The notes beneath the pieces were generated by a model. The model did no database searches. It was given only the letters and a program-made list of their open reading frames with translations, and was not told the origin of the DNA. A stretch of DNA of 64,000 bases from Myxococcota bacterium (lineage in GTDB: Bacteria; Myxococcota; Myxococcia; Myxococcales; Myxococcaceae): positions 1-64,000 of the forward strand of contig JBMORE010000053.1 in assembly GCA_049322255.1 (NCBI GenBank), read 5' to 3'. A program made the translations under genes and the position numbers. This document shows positions 37,353 to 47,193 of the stretch, piece by piece; the stretch's first letter is position 1, and each line of letters opens with the position of its first letter.

Positions 37353-38368
37353 AGAAGCTCCTCGTACAGGTGGAAGAGGAAGGGTCCCGCGTCAGGGCCT
37401 GCGCTTGGCGGGGGACGCCGACAAAGCGCCGTTCCCAGCGCTTCGACCAGAGCGGCCTCATCGCCCGCGCGGAAGGTGGTGACTCCCGCCGGCCTGGCCA
37501 CCACGTTGGAGGCCACGCACGGAACACCCAGCGCGAGCGCCTCCCGCACCGACACCGCGTCGCCGTCGACCAACGTGGGGCGGACGAAGAGGTCGCACCC
37601 TCGCAGGAGCGCCAGCGCCTGGTCGTGCGGCAGCTCACCGAAGTCCTCCAGCACCCCTTCGACCCGCTCTGCGCGCGCCGCTTCCTGAAAGGCCCGGTGG
37701 CGCGTGCCGGGTCCGAACACCGCCAACCCCAGATCGGGAAACATCTGGAGCGAGCGCCGCAGCGCGCGAAACATCAGCGCGCGGCCGTAGACGGGTGAGG
37801 GGTGGTGCGCCATCGCCAAGAGCGGGCTTCGCCGTCGCCGGACCTCGTCGAACCCTGCGGGCGGCTTCCCCGGGCGCACCTGCGAGGCAAGAAACGCCGG
37901 GTGCATTCGAACTCTTTCCGCGGGGACCCCGAGCTTCACCAGCGCCTCCGCAATCGGCGGCGACACCGCCACCACCCGCCCGTAGGCCTCGGCCGCCAGG
38001 CGCACCAACAAACGGCGGCCGAGGGACCTCTCCACGAAGCCAGGGAAGAGGCCGGAGTGGAGCGTCAGCACTCTCCCCACTGGGGCGGGACACACCGAGA
38101 CCACGGCGGCGAGCATCCATGCCATGGAGTTGTTGCCGCTGGTGTGCAGGTGCACCAAGTGACCCGAGGAGGCCAAGCGCGAAAGCTGCGCGACCAGCGT
38201 CTTGGGGGTGCGCGCGCTGTACACCCCGTCGCCCTCATGCCCGCCCTTGCCTACGTCGAGCACTTTGACGTCGGCGCCTTTTTCGCGCAGGTAGTCGAAC
38301 AGTTGCCGCACATGTACGGCCACCCCACCCGGCGGCGGCGGGTAGTCGCCCACCAACACCACCTTCAC
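37349..38368 (-). CDS. exoO: GT4 glycosyltransferase, ExoO-like
   Basis: YPPPPGGVAVH, FVRPT..DGDAVSVREALALG. Confidence 0.8.
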   Translation of the reverse strand: MKVVLVGDYPPPPGGVAVHVRQLFDYLREKGADVKVLDVGKGGHEGDGVYSARTPKTLVAQLSRLASSGHLVHLHTSGNNSMAWMLAAVVSVCPAPVGRVLTLHSGLFPGFVERSLGRRLLVRLAAEAYGRVVAVSPPIAEALVKLGVPAERVRMHPAFLASQVRPGKPPAGFDEVRRRRSPLLAMAHHPSPVYGRALMFRALRRSLQMFPDLGLAVFGPGTRHRAFQEAARAERVEGVLEDFGELPHDQALALLRGCDLFVRPTLVDGDAVSVREALALGVPCVASNVVARPAGVTTFRAGDEAALVEALGTALCRRPPPSAGPDAGPFLFHLYEELL

Positions 38369-39907
38369 TCACGCCCTCCTCGACCGGCGCAAGCTATGGA
38401 CGCCCTGGGTCCGAGGGAAGTACCGCCTCCAGCCCAAGAAACCGCCGACGGAGACGCCGACGGCCTTGAGGACGAGGAAATACCCCGCGGTGAAGGTGCC
38501 GCCCACCATCGCCAGCGGCAAGAGCCGGTACACGAAGGTGTGGGGCAGCCCATCCCAAGCTGCCTGCGAGACATGGCGCGAGGCCACCACACCGATCGCC
38601 GCCACAAAAGCCGCCCCCGCGCCCTGGGCCAGCGCCCGCCACGGCGCCAGCTCGACCCACCCCACCCTGCGCTCGGGCGTCGAGAGCGCGGCCGGCAGGC
38701 GCACCACCAACATCGCCTTGCCGACGAGCTCAGCGGCCACCCAGGAGGCGATGCCACCTTGCATGCCGAACGCCTTCACCCCGAAGTAGACCATCGGCGC
38801 GGTGACCAGCGCCTTCACCACGTACGACGCGAAGATGTGCTGCGTCCGTCCCCGCGCGCGCAAGGTGCCGTCGAGGGGGAAGATGGCCAGCGGAATCGCC
38901 AGGACGCACACGCGGAAGATCGGCACCGCCGGCAAGAAGCGAGTACCGAAGACGGCGCCGATGAACTCGGGGGCGGCGGCGAAGAGAAAGACTCCCAGCG
39001 GGAAGAAGACGTACGCCAGGTGCGCCACCGCCTCGCGGAACTCCTCTACGCCCTCGGCCCCTCGGCCCGTGCGGTCGAGCTCCCCCAGCCGCACCATCAG
39101 CACCTCGCTGGTGGGCGTGTAAAGCAAATCGACCAGGGGCAGCTGAAAGCACCCCACCGCGTAGATGGCGAACGCCGCCGGCGTCACCACGCTGGAGACC
39201 ATGAACTGATGGGCATAGGTCTGCGGCACCGAAAACAGCACCGCGGCTCCAAACGGCGCCGCGTACGCCAGCTGGCGAGCGAAGCGTCGGCCATCGAACA
39301 ACGGCCCCGATGCGCGCGGCACCACCAACGCCCAGCAGACGAAAAGCCGCGCCACCGAGTAGACGACCACTGCCTCCATCAACTGGTGGAGCCCGTGCCC
39401 CAAGAGCACCGGCAAGACCAGCACCGCCGCGCGCAGGCCGTCGGAGACCAGGTAGGCGATCGCCGACTGCCGTGTCTTGCCCTGCGCGGTCATCGACAGC
39501 TCGAGCGGCAGCGCCCCCAGCGTGCAACCGCAGTAGAGGGCGAGGCTTGTCCGGTGCTCGAGCAGCTGCGGGTTGTTGAGGAGATGGGCGATCGCCGGCC
39601 CCAGGGCGAAGAGCGCCACCCCGGCGAGCGTCCCGGCACCGGCGAGGAACACCAGGGTCTGCACGAAGTACGGCCGCTCTTCACGGGCGCGGGGGATGAA
39701 GTAGTACAAGCTCTGCGCCATCCCGAAGGGCAGCACGTAGTAGAGCGACTGCGCGATGAGGAAGAGCTGCTTGTAGGTGCCGTACTCGGACAGCTCCAGG
39801 GTGCGTGCGAGCACGAGGGGAATGACCAGCGTCAGGCACGCGGAGAGGAAGCGGGCCATCACCAGAGGCCCGGCGCGCGTCAGGAAGCTCCCCGAGGCCG
39901 CCGGCAT
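38369..39907 (-). CDS. exoM: Wzx polysaccharide flippase, ExoM-like
   Basis: LARTLELSEYGTYKQ, FAIYAVG; ~14 TM helices. Confidence 0.85.
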   Translation of the reverse strand: MPAASGSFLTRAGPLVMARFLSACLTLVIPLVLARTLELSEYGTYKQLFLIAQSLYYVLPFGMAQSLYYFIPRAREERPYFVQTLVFLAGAGTLAGVALFALGPAIAHLLNNPQLLEHRTSLALYCGCTLGALPLELSMTAQGKTRQSAIAYLVSDGLRAAVLVLPVLLGHGLHQLMEAVVVYSVARLFVCWALVVPRASGPLFDGRRFARQLAYAAPFGAAVLFSVPQTYAHQFMVSSVVTPAAFAIYAVGCFQLPLVDLLYTPTSEVLMVRLGELDRTGRGAEGVEEFREAVAHLAYVFFPLGVFLFAAAPEFIGAVFGTRFLPAVPIFRVCVLAIPLAIFPLDGTLRARGRTQHIFASYVVKALVTAPMVYFGVKAFGMQGGIASWVAAELVGKAMLVVRLPAALSTPERRVGWVELAPWRALAQGAGAAFVAAIGVVASRHVSQAAWDGLPHTFVYRLLPLAMVGGTFTAGYFLVLKAVGVSVGGFLGWRRYFPRTQGVHSLRRSRRA

Positions 39908-39911
39908 CGCC

Positions 39912-41018
39912 TCACCGCTGCGCTGGGCGCCGTCCCAGCACCGGCCGTGTCATGCCCAGAAAACCGAACACGTCGTCGAGCTGGCACGCGGTGAGGGCCG
40001 GCGAGTATTCCCCCAGCGCGCCCAGGCTGAAGTTTTCCCACAGCACCTTGCGCTTGAGCGTGAAGGGATCGCCGCCGATCACGTTGGGCAAGTCCTCGGT
40101 GGTCACCGCCGAGCGAAAGCCGTGGCGCACCAGCGCGGCAATCAGCGTGTCCGAATACCAGCCGTTGCAGTAGGCGAAGTCGCGCACGGGGCTGCCCGTC
40201 TCGCGCTCGATGGCCGCTTTCGACTCCGCGAGCTCCTGGTCGACACGCTGGGGCGGCTCGAGGGTGAGCACCGCATGGTTCACCGTGTGGGCGCCCAAGG
40301 TGAAGCCACGCCGCGCGAGCGCGCGAGCCTCCTCCCACCCCATCACTTCGCCCTGCTCGGGCGGCTTTCCCTCTCCCAGCTGCCGGGCCAGCGCGTCGAT
40401 CACCTCGCCCAGGAGGTCGCAGGGGTACTCGGCGATGAAGTCGTCGAGCGCGGCCGACGGGCTGCGCGCCCCGGCGAAGATAGGCTCGAGCAGCACCGCC
40501 GCCGCTGCCGGCAACCCCTGGTACCAAGGCCTCGCGCCGCGCCCGCGCATCACCGCCACCAGGTGGAAGAGCCGGTCGTGGTGGAAGCGCCGCGAGGTGC
40601 CGACGAGCCCCGACGGTAGGTACACCACCGCCGGCACCCCCATGCGCTCGAGCACCGGGGCCGCGTGGAGCACCACGTCGCGGTAGCCGTCGTCGAAGGT
40701 CACCACGAACAGGTCGCGTGGCACGCGCCGCCGTCCGGAGAGCACCTCGAGCGCCTCGTCGAGAGTGGCAAACTGGTAGCCCGCGTCGTGCGCCTGCTCG
40801 AGGTGCTTGCGGAAGGTCTCTCGAGAGATGAGCAGGCCAGGAATCGAGCGCTGATGCTGGGCGGTGAAGTCCTCCACCACTCGGTGGTAGCTGACGATGG
40901 CGACCCGGCGGCCTCCCGAGCGAACGCGCCGCGCCGCGGCCACCACCCGCCTCAGCCCACTGCGGTGAACGAGCTCGGCCGTCATCGCTTTGAGGACCCG
41001 CCGTGCCGTGCCGTTCAT
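39912..41018 (-). CDS. exoL: CE4 polysaccharide deacetylase, ExoL-like
   Basis: YHRV, VTFDDGY, GAHTVNH, FAYCNG; strong RBS. Confidence 0.88.
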   Translation of the reverse strand: MNGTARRVLKAMTAELVHRSGLRRVVAAARRVRSGGRRVAIVSYHRVVEDFTAQHQRSIPGLLISRETFRKHLEQAHDAGYQFATLDEALEVLSGRRRVPRDLFVVTFDDGYRDVVLHAAPVLERMGVPAVVYLPSGLVGTSRRFHHDRLFHLVAVMRGRGARPWYQGLPAAAAVLLEPIFAGARSPSAALDDFIAEYPCDLLGEVIDALARQLGEGKPPEQGEVMGWEEARALARRGFTLGAHTVNHAVLTLEPPQRVDQELAESKAAIERETGSPVRDFAYCNGWYSDTLIAALVRHGFRSAVTTEDLPNVIGGDPFTLKRKVLWENFSLGALGEYSPALTACQLDDVFGFLGMTRPVLGRRPAQR

Positions 41019-41048
41019 CTCCCTCCTCCCGCCCCTCGGGGCCTGCGT

Positions 41049-41064
41049 TGCACCGCAGGTGCCA
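41049..41064 (-). promoter_or_regulatory. sigma54 -24/-12 promoter of the exoL cluster
   Basis: TGGCACCTGCGGTGCA (GG-N10-GC) 30 nt upstream of the ATG. Confidence 0.7.
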
Positions 41065-41205
41065 CCTCGGCCGGTCGACTGGCCGACGGTTTCCTCGGAG
41101 GCCAACGGTAGAGAGGTGCCCACGAGGGAGAAATTCCTTCTCTGCCCGGTGTTCCAAAGCTCCCGAAGCTTGGAAACCTCGGTGATTCGCGCTACCTACG
41201 CCGCC

Positions 41206-41859
41206 GTGGCGACGACCGCCCCGGCCCTGGAAATTCACGACGTGAGCAAGCGCTACGCAACGCGCTGGGCGGTGGCCCGGCTCACCTACACCCTCCCCGC
41301 CGGCACCTCGCTGCTCCTCACCGGACACAACGGCTCGGGGAAAACGACCCTTTTGCGCCTTTTGGCTACCGCCACCGCGCCTACTGCCGGACAGCTGCGC
41401 ATCTTGGGGTTGGACGCGGTCGGTGAGCGCGAGGCCCTGCGTCGCCGGGTGGGGCTTTTGTCGCACGCGAGCTTTCTGTACGAGGACCTCACCGCCGAAG
41501 AGAACTTGATGATCATGGCTCGGCTGTTGGGTATCGGCTCGCCGGGCGACGCCGCGGCCGTGCTGCTCACCAAGGTCGGGTTGACCTCCCGCTCGAGGAG
41601 CCCGGTGCGCCAGTTCTCCGCCGGCATGCGTAAGCGTCTGGCGATTGCGCGGCTTTTGCTCAAGACACCCGAGCTGGCGCTGCTCGACGAGCCGTTCGGC
41701 GAGCTCGACCCCGCGGGCATCGGGCAGATGGAGCGCTTCATCGCCGAGCTGCAGGCCTGCGGCACCACCATCGTGCTCGCCACTCACCTCATCGAGCAGG
41801 GTCGTGCGCTCACCCGCGAGCGGCTCCATTTGTCCGAGGGACGGGCGGTGGCGGCGTGA
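41206..41859 (+). CDS. ccmA: Heme exporter ATPase CcmA (start uncertain)
   Basis: GHNGSGKTT, FSAGMRKR, LLDEP, ATH. Confidence 0.92.
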   Translation: MATTAPALEIHDVSKRYATRWAVARLTYTLPAGTSLLLTGHNGSGKTTLLRLLATATAPTAGQLRILGLDAVGEREALRRRVGLLSHASFLYEDLTAEENLMIMARLLGIGSPGDAAAVLLTKVGLTSRSRSPVRQFSAGMRKRLAIARLLLKTPELALLDEPFGELDPAGIGQMERFIAELQACGTTIVLATHLIEQGRALTRERLHLSEGRAVAA

Positions 41860-42626
41860 GCGAGGTGGCCAAGGAGTTCAGGCCCGCTGCCCCTCACCCC
41901 TCCCCTCTCCCAGAGGGAGAGGGAGTCTTGCGCTTCGAGAGCAGGAAGATTGGGTTGTTCGCCGCCGCCTTCGCGGTCTTCCGCAAGGACTTGCTCATCG
42001 AGTGGCGCACCCGCGCCCGGCTCAACGCGCTCGTCTTCTTCGCGGTGGCCACCTTGCTGTTGTTCTCGTTTTCGCTGGGGGCCGACACTCAGTCCTTGCG
42101 CCAAAACGCCTCTGGTTTTCTCTGGCTGGGGGTGCTCTTGGCCAGCGTGCTCTCGCTCGGTGAATCCTTCCGCGTGGAGACGGAGAACCACGCGCTGGAG
42201 GGGCTTCGCCTCGTCCCCACCGACTCGCGGGCGATCTTCGTGGGCAAGGCGCTGGGGAACGCGGCGCTGCTCTTCGTCTTGGGTTGGGTGCTTGTGCCCC
42301 TGCTCATCGGTGTCTTCGACGTGACAGTGACGCTGGGCCTGGGACGCCTGGCGGGGGTGCTCGCCTTGGGCTGTCTGGCGATCGGCGCACCCGGCACCGT
42401 GTACGCGGCCATCGCCTCGAACGCGCGGGCCCGCGACGTGCTTTTGCCCTTGCTGCTCTTCCCGCTCATGATTCCGGCGCTGGTCGCGTCGGTGAAAGCC
42501 ACCTCGGCCGTACTGCAAGGGGACGCGATGGGCGACTTTCGCTCCTGGCTGCTGCTTTTAGGGGCCTTCAATCTGGTTTACTGGGCGTTGGGGTTTGTGC
42601 TCTTCCCGAAGGTCGTCGAGGACTAA
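41856..42626 (+). CDS. ccmB: Heme exporter permease CcmB
   Basis: KDLLIEWR, LLPLLLFPL; operon position. Confidence 0.92.
   Translation: MSEVAKEFRPAAPHPSPLPEGEGVLRFESRKIGLFAAAFAVFRKDLLIEWRTRARLNALVFFAVATLLLFSFSLGADTQSLRQNASGFLWLGVLLASVLSLGESFRVETENHALEGLRLVPTDSRAIFVGKALGNAALLFVLGWVLVPLLIGVFDVTVTLGLGRLAGVLALGCLAIGAPGTVYAAIASNARARDVLLPLLLFPLMIPALVASVKATSAVLQGDAMGDFRSWLLLLGAFNLVYWALGFVLFPKVVED
41891..41924 (+). repeat. REP-like palindromic element inside the ccmB 5' end
   Basis: CCCTCACCCC-TC-CCCTCTCCC-AGA-GGGAGAGGG-A; reads PHPSPLPEGEG in frame. Confidence 0.75.
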
Positions 42627-42629
42627 GCC

Positions 42630-43418
42630 GTGCCGCTCAAGACACCGTTGTTCCTGTTGCTTGGCGTGGTGGCGCTCTTGGGCGTGCACTTGGCCGTTCC
42701 CGTCGCTCGCAAGCATGTGTGGAAGGCGTGGGCGATCATCGGGGCGGCGATGATGCTCTTGGGCAGTTGGCTGGGGCTGTGGGGCACTCCCCCGGAGCGC
42801 GAGATGGGCGAGGTGTACCGCATTCTCTACATGCACGTGCCACAGGTGTGGATGGGAATGCTCTGCGGCGGCACCGTTGCCGTCTGTTCGGTGGCGTACC
42901 TAGTGAAGAAGAGTTGGACGCTCGACGCGCTGGGAGAGGCCTCGGCCGAGGTCGGCCTGCTCTTCGGCTCGGTCGGCGTGCTGTTGGGCTCGATCTGGGG
43001 CCGGCCGACCTGGGGGGTGTGGTGGACGTGGGACGCGCGGCTGACCACCGCGGCGATCATGCTCCTCATCTTCGCTGGCTATCTCGCGTTGCGGCGATTC
43101 GTCGACGACCCCGAGAAGCGCGGCTTGCTGTCCGCGGTGCTCGGCATCTTCGCCGGCGCCAACGTCATTCTCGTCTACGTGTCGGTGAGAATTTTCCGCA
43201 CCATTCATCAAGTTCAGTCGACACCCGAGACGGTCGACCCGCTGATGACCATGGCCTTGCGTTGGAACGCCACCGCATTCTTGGCGGTGATGCTCACCTT
43301 CCTCTGGTGGCGCTACCGGTTGGCGCGCGGCCGGCTGGAGCGTGAGCTCGCGCTTCCCCATGCCTTGCCTGCCGCGCCGGCGGTGTCGCAAGCCGCGCAA
43401 CCCGGAGGCACCGCATGA
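42630..43418 (+). CDS. ccmC: CcmC heme transfer protein
   Basis: LYMHVP, GSIWGRPTWGVWWTWDARLT (WWD), RTIHQ. Confidence 0.95.
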   Translation: MPLKTPLFLLLGVVALLGVHLAVPVARKHVWKAWAIIGAAMMLLGSWLGLWGTPPEREMGEVYRILYMHVPQVWMGMLCGGTVAVCSVAYLVKKSWTLDALGEASAEVGLLFGSVGVLLGSIWGRPTWGVWWTWDARLTTAAIMLLIFAGYLALRRFVDDPEKRGLLSAVLGIFAGANVILVYVSVRIFRTIHQVQSTPETVDPLMTMALRWNATAFLAVMLTFLWWRYRLARGRLERELALPHALPAAPAVSQAAQPGGTA

Positions 43419-43597
43419 TGCTCCTCGTTTGGGCCGCCAACCCGCCGATGGGAAGAATTCAGGGAGGCTGGGAGTACATCTGGGCCGCCTATGCCATCAC
43501 TTGGGCGGCGAGCACGATTTACGCGGTCTCGCTGTGGTTGCGGGTCCGCCGGCTGCGCGAAGACGGGGGCACGGCGGACAAGGAGAGAGCCCGATGA
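43415..43597 (+). CDS. ccmD: CcmD-like small membrane protein
   Basis: WEYIWAAYAIT + charged tail; ATGA overlaps on both sides. Confidence 0.75.
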   Translation: MMLLVWAANPPMGRIQGGWEYIWAAYAITWAASTIYAVSLWLRVRRLREDGGTADKERAR

Positions 43598-44058
43598 CGT
43601 CAGTGGCCAAGAACCGGTTCATCTTGCTCGGTGCCCTGTTGGTGGCAGGTGGGGCCCTGGGGTTCGTCGCCTTCAGCGAGATGGGCGAGGATCTCGTCTA
43701 CTACTGGAGCCCGGGAGAGCTCATCTCCAAGGGTGACCAGGCGGTGGGCCCCACCATTCGTCTGGGAGGAATGGTGAAGAAGGGCAGCATCGTGTGGAAT
43801 CAAACGCACACCTCGCTGGAATTCCAGGTCGCCGACGGTTTGGCAGAGGACGCCAAGAGCGTGCGGGTGCGCTCGGAGCAAATTCCACCGCAGATGTTCC
43901 GTGAAGGCATCGGGGTGGTGGTCGAGGGCACCTACGACAAGAGCGGGGTGTTCAAGACGCAACGTCTGATGGTCAACCACTCCAACGAGTATCGGCCTCC
44001 CGCCGCGGGTGAGTCGGCCGCGGAGCACATGAAGGTCGTGGAGAAATCAGCCAAGTGA
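43594..44058 (+). CDS. ccmE: Heme chaperone CcmE
   Basis: LVYY.SP, IRLGGMV, PQMFREG.GVVVEG, NHSNEY (HxxxY). Confidence 0.93.
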   Translation: MTSVAKNRFILLGALLVAGGALGFVAFSEMGEDLVYYWSPGELISKGDQAVGPTIRLGGMVKKGSIVWNQTHTSLEFQVADGLAEDAKSVRVRSEQIPPQMFREGIGVVVEGTYDKSGVFKTQRLMVNHSNEYRPPAAGESAAEHMKVVEKSAK

Positions 44059-46160
44059 ACACGACCCTGGGATACGGCTTGGTTCTCGCGGGGCTGGCCT
44101 GCGCGATCTTCGGCGCGGTGGTCGGTCTGTGGACGGGCATGACCCGCCGTACATGGGCGCTCAAGTGGGTGCAATACGCCACCTACGGCTTCGCCGCATT
44201 CATGCTGCTCGCCAACGCGGTGATGGTCTACGCGCTCGTCACCCACGACTTCTCGGTGAAGTACGTGGGCCAAGTGGGCAGCCGCGCCACGCCCACCGTG
44301 TTCACCATCGTCTCGCTGTGGTCGGCGCTGGAGGGGTCGATTCTCTTCTGGGGGTTGGTGCTCGGGGCGTACTTGTTCGCGTTCGCCTTCACCTACCGCA
44401 AGGAGCACAGCCGCTACATGCAGCTGTCCTTGGGTGTCATGCTCGCGATGGCGGTGTTTTTCGCCTTCCTCATCGCCGGGCCCGCCGACCCCTGGTTCTG
44501 GAAAGCGCACGTCATCGAGCAGCTCAAGGCCGCGGGGCAGCCGTTTCCCCCGCTCGATGGGCCGGGTCCGAACCCTCTCTTACAAAACCACGTGCTGATG
44601 ATCGTCCACCCGCCGATGCTCTACTTGGGCTACGTGGGCATGGTGGTGCCCTTTGGCATCGCGGCGGGGGCGCTTTTGCGCGGCGAGCTGGGCGACTCGT
44701 GGATGGTCCCCTTACGCAAGTGGACCTTGGTGCCCTGGCTGTTCCTGTCGATTGGCATCATCCTCGGCTCGTGGTGGGCGTACGCCGTGCTCGGCTGGGG
44801 CGGCTATTGGGCGTGGGACCCGGTGGAGAACGCCTCCTTCCTCCCCTGGCTCACCGCCACCGCCTACATGCACTCGACCATGGTGCTCGAGCGCAAGCGC
44901 ATGCTGAAGCTGTGGACGCTTTCGCTCGCTCTGGGGAGCTTTTTGCTCACCATCGTCGGCACCTTCATGACCCGCAGCGGCGTCTTCAACTCGGTGCACT
45001 CCTTCACCCAGTCGGACATCGGGCCCACCTTTTTAGTGTTCATCGCGGTGCTGCTCGTCTTCTCCATCGTCTTGCTCTCGGTGCGTGGGCATCTGCTCGT
45101 GGCCGAGAACCAGCTCGATTCCGTCGTCTCGCGCGAAGGGTCGATCCTCCTCAACAACCTGGTGTTCGTGGCGATCACCTTCACCGTGCTTTTGGGCACC
45201 ATCTTTCCTCTGGTCAAAGAGGGGCTGTTCGGAGAGCGCATCAGCGTCGGCGAGCCCTACTTCAACAAGATGGCGGTGCCCGGCGGCCTGTTGGTGCTCT
45301 TTCTCATGGGCGTGGGGCCGATGCTTCCCTGGGGCGAGGCGCGTACGCAGACCCTTTTGAAGCAGCTGTTCGCCCCCACGGTCGCGCTGGTGGCGACCTT
45401 CGCCGCCGCCTTCGTCTTCGTGCTCCGAAGCCGCGGGCTGGGGGTAGGAGGCACCCTCTCTGAGCACGGTCTGGCCCTGTTCACCTTCGGGCTGGCGGGC
45501 TTCGTCACCGTCATCACCTTGCGGGAAATGTTCCTCCCCGCGCGGCTGCGCATGGCCGAGAAGAAGGAGAGCGCGTGGGTCGCGGTGGTGCGCAGCGCCA
45601 GCCGGGCCAACCGGCGCTTCGGCGGCTACGTGGTGCACTTAGGAATCGTCGCCATCATCGTCGCCGTCGCCGCTTCTTCCTCGTTCAAGCTGACCACCAG
45701 CGGCACCGTGCCCGCCGGCAAAGCGCTCTCCGTCGGCGACTATCAGGTGCGCTTCGACGGCATTTCCCAGGGCAAAGAACCGCACCGCGACTGGACGGCG
45801 GCGAACATCACCATTCTGGGGCCCGGCGGGAAGAGCGAGTCGCTCACCGGCCAACAAGGCCCGCGGATGAACTTCTACGAGCGCAGCACCGATCCCGTCG
45901 GCTCGCCGGCGGTGAGGCCCAAGCTCTTCGAGGACGTGTACGTGTCGCTCCTCGCTTACGACGGCGCGAAGAACACGGCCAGCTTCAACACCTACGTGTT
46001 CCCGCTGGTGGGGTGGATTTGGTACGCGATTCCGCTCTTGGTGCTGGGGGCGGCCATCGCCCTGTGGCCTCAGCGAAAACAGGTCCCCGTGGCCGAGGCG
46101 CCGGCGCCCTCCTCCGATGCTCCGCCCCCAGTGAACCCCGACCTGGTGGGCTCACCATGA
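44055..46160 (+). CDS. ccmF: Heme lyase CcmF
   Basis: NPLLQN, HPPMLYLGY, LGWGGYWAWDPVEN, SVHSF. Confidence 0.96.
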   Translation: MNTTLGYGLVLAGLACAIFGAVVGLWTGMTRRTWALKWVQYATYGFAAFMLLANAVMVYALVTHDFSVKYVGQVGSRATPTVFTIVSLWSALEGSILFWGLVLGAYLFAFAFTYRKEHSRYMQLSLGVMLAMAVFFAFLIAGPADPWFWKAHVIEQLKAAGQPFPPLDGPGPNPLLQNHVLMIVHPPMLYLGYVGMVVPFGIAAGALLRGELGDSWMVPLRKWTLVPWLFLSIGIILGSWWAYAVLGWGGYWAWDPVENASFLPWLTATAYMHSTMVLERKRMLKLWTLSLALGSFLLTIVGTFMTRSGVFNSVHSFTQSDIGPTFLVFIAVLLVFSIVLLSVRGHLLVAENQLDSVVSREGSILLNNLVFVAITFTVLLGTIFPLVKEGLFGERISVGEPYFNKMAVPGGLLVLFLMGVGPMLPWGEARTQTLLKQLFAPTVALVATFAAAFVFVLRSRGLGVGGTLSEHGLALFTFGLAGFVTVITLREMFLPARLRMAEKKESAWVAVVRSASRANRRFGGYVVHLGIVAIIVAVAASSSFKLTTSGTVPAGKALSVGDYQVRFDGISQGKEPHRDWTAANITILGPGGKSESLTGQQGPRMNFYERSTDPVGSPAVRPKLFEDVYVSLLAYDGAKNTASFNTYVFPLVGWIWYAIPLLVLGAAIALWPQRKQVPVAEAPAPSSDAPPPVNPDLVGSP

Positions 46161-46735
46161 GCGCCCCGGCCTCTCCTTCCGGCCTGAGACGGTGGAAGTG
46201 GACCATCGCCTTCAGCCTCTTTTCGCTGGGGCTGTTGTTCGTCTTCTACAAGGCGTTCGGCACCAACCCCCATGCGGTGCCTTTCAAGCTCACCGGCAAG
46301 CCCGCGCCTGCCTTCACCTTGCGCCGCTTGGATACCGGCGAGGCGGTGAGCCTCGAACAGCTCAAGGGCCGACCGATCGTGATGAATTTTTGGGCCACCT
46401 GGTGCGGCCCCTGCCGCATGGAGCACCCCGTGCTCGAGTGGGGCCAAGAGCAATTCGGCGACCAGGTGCACTTCCTCGGGGTGGTGTTCGAAGACACTCC
46501 GGAGAACGCCAAGGGGTTTCTCCACCGGGCGGGCGCGAGCTACCCACACCTGGTCGACCCCACCTCGGGGGTAGCGGTGGACTACGGGGTGGCGGGGGTG
46601 CCCGAGACGTATTTCATCGATGCGTCAGGAGTCATCCGCGGCAAGTACGCGGCTCCCATCGACCCCCAGACGCTCTCCCGGCGCATCGGAGAGCTGGTGG
46701 CAGCCAACGGCGCCCCACCGGGGGTGATCAGATGA
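46157..46735 (+). CDS. ccmG: Thiol:disulfide protein CcmG/DsbE
   Basis: [28 protein letters not shown]. Confidence 0.92.
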   Translation: MSAPASPSGLRRWKWTIAFSLFSLGLLFVFYKAFGTNPHAVPFKLTGKPAPAFTLRRLDTGEAVSLEQLKGRPIVMNFWATWCGPCRMEHPVLEWGQEQFGDQVHFLGVVFEDTPENAKGFLHRAGASYPHLVDPTSGVAVDYGVAGVPETYFIDASGVIRGKYAAPIDPQTLSRRIGELVAANGAPPGVIR

Positions 46736-47193
46736 TTTCTCTGGCGCTCGCTCTGGCCCTCGCCTCGGGTCAGTATGCTCCCCAGCGGCTTGCGGGTGAC
46801 ATGCTGGCGCCCGAGCAAGAGGCGCGGGTGCAAAAACTCGCCAAGCACCTGCGCTGCGCGGTGTGCCAGGGGTTGTCGGTGGCCGACTCGCCCTCGTCGA
46901 TGGCTCGCGCCCAGCTGGAGAAGGTACGCGAGCTGATCGCCGAAGGTCGCACGGATCAAGAGGTGATCGACTACTTCGTCGCCCGCTACGGAGAATGGGT
47001 GCTGCTTCAGCCCACCGCCCAGGGCGTCAACGCCACCGTGTGGGTGGCACCCGCGGTGATGCTCGTGTTCGGGTTGTTCGTCATCTTGAGCCAGGTGAAA
47101 AAACGCGGAGCGAAGACGACTGACAAGCCCCTCGCCGCGCCCCACGAGGACGACGAGTATTTGGCGCGCGTCCGGGCGGAGCTGGAGCGATGA
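46732..47193 (+). CDS. ccmH: CcmH
   Basis: LRCAVCQG.SVADS, YFVARYGEWVLL. Confidence 0.93.
   Translation: MISLALALALASGQYAPQRLAGDMLAPEQEARVQKLAKHLRCAVCQGLSVADSPSSMARAQLEKVRELIAEGRTDQEVIDYFVARYGEWVLLQPTAQGVNATVWVAPAVMLVFGLFVILSQVKKRGAKTTDKPLAAPHEDDEYLARVRAELER

Noticed and set aside
37802..39994. 730-aa plus-strand ORF
   Set aside because: Antisense shadow of exoM/exoO.
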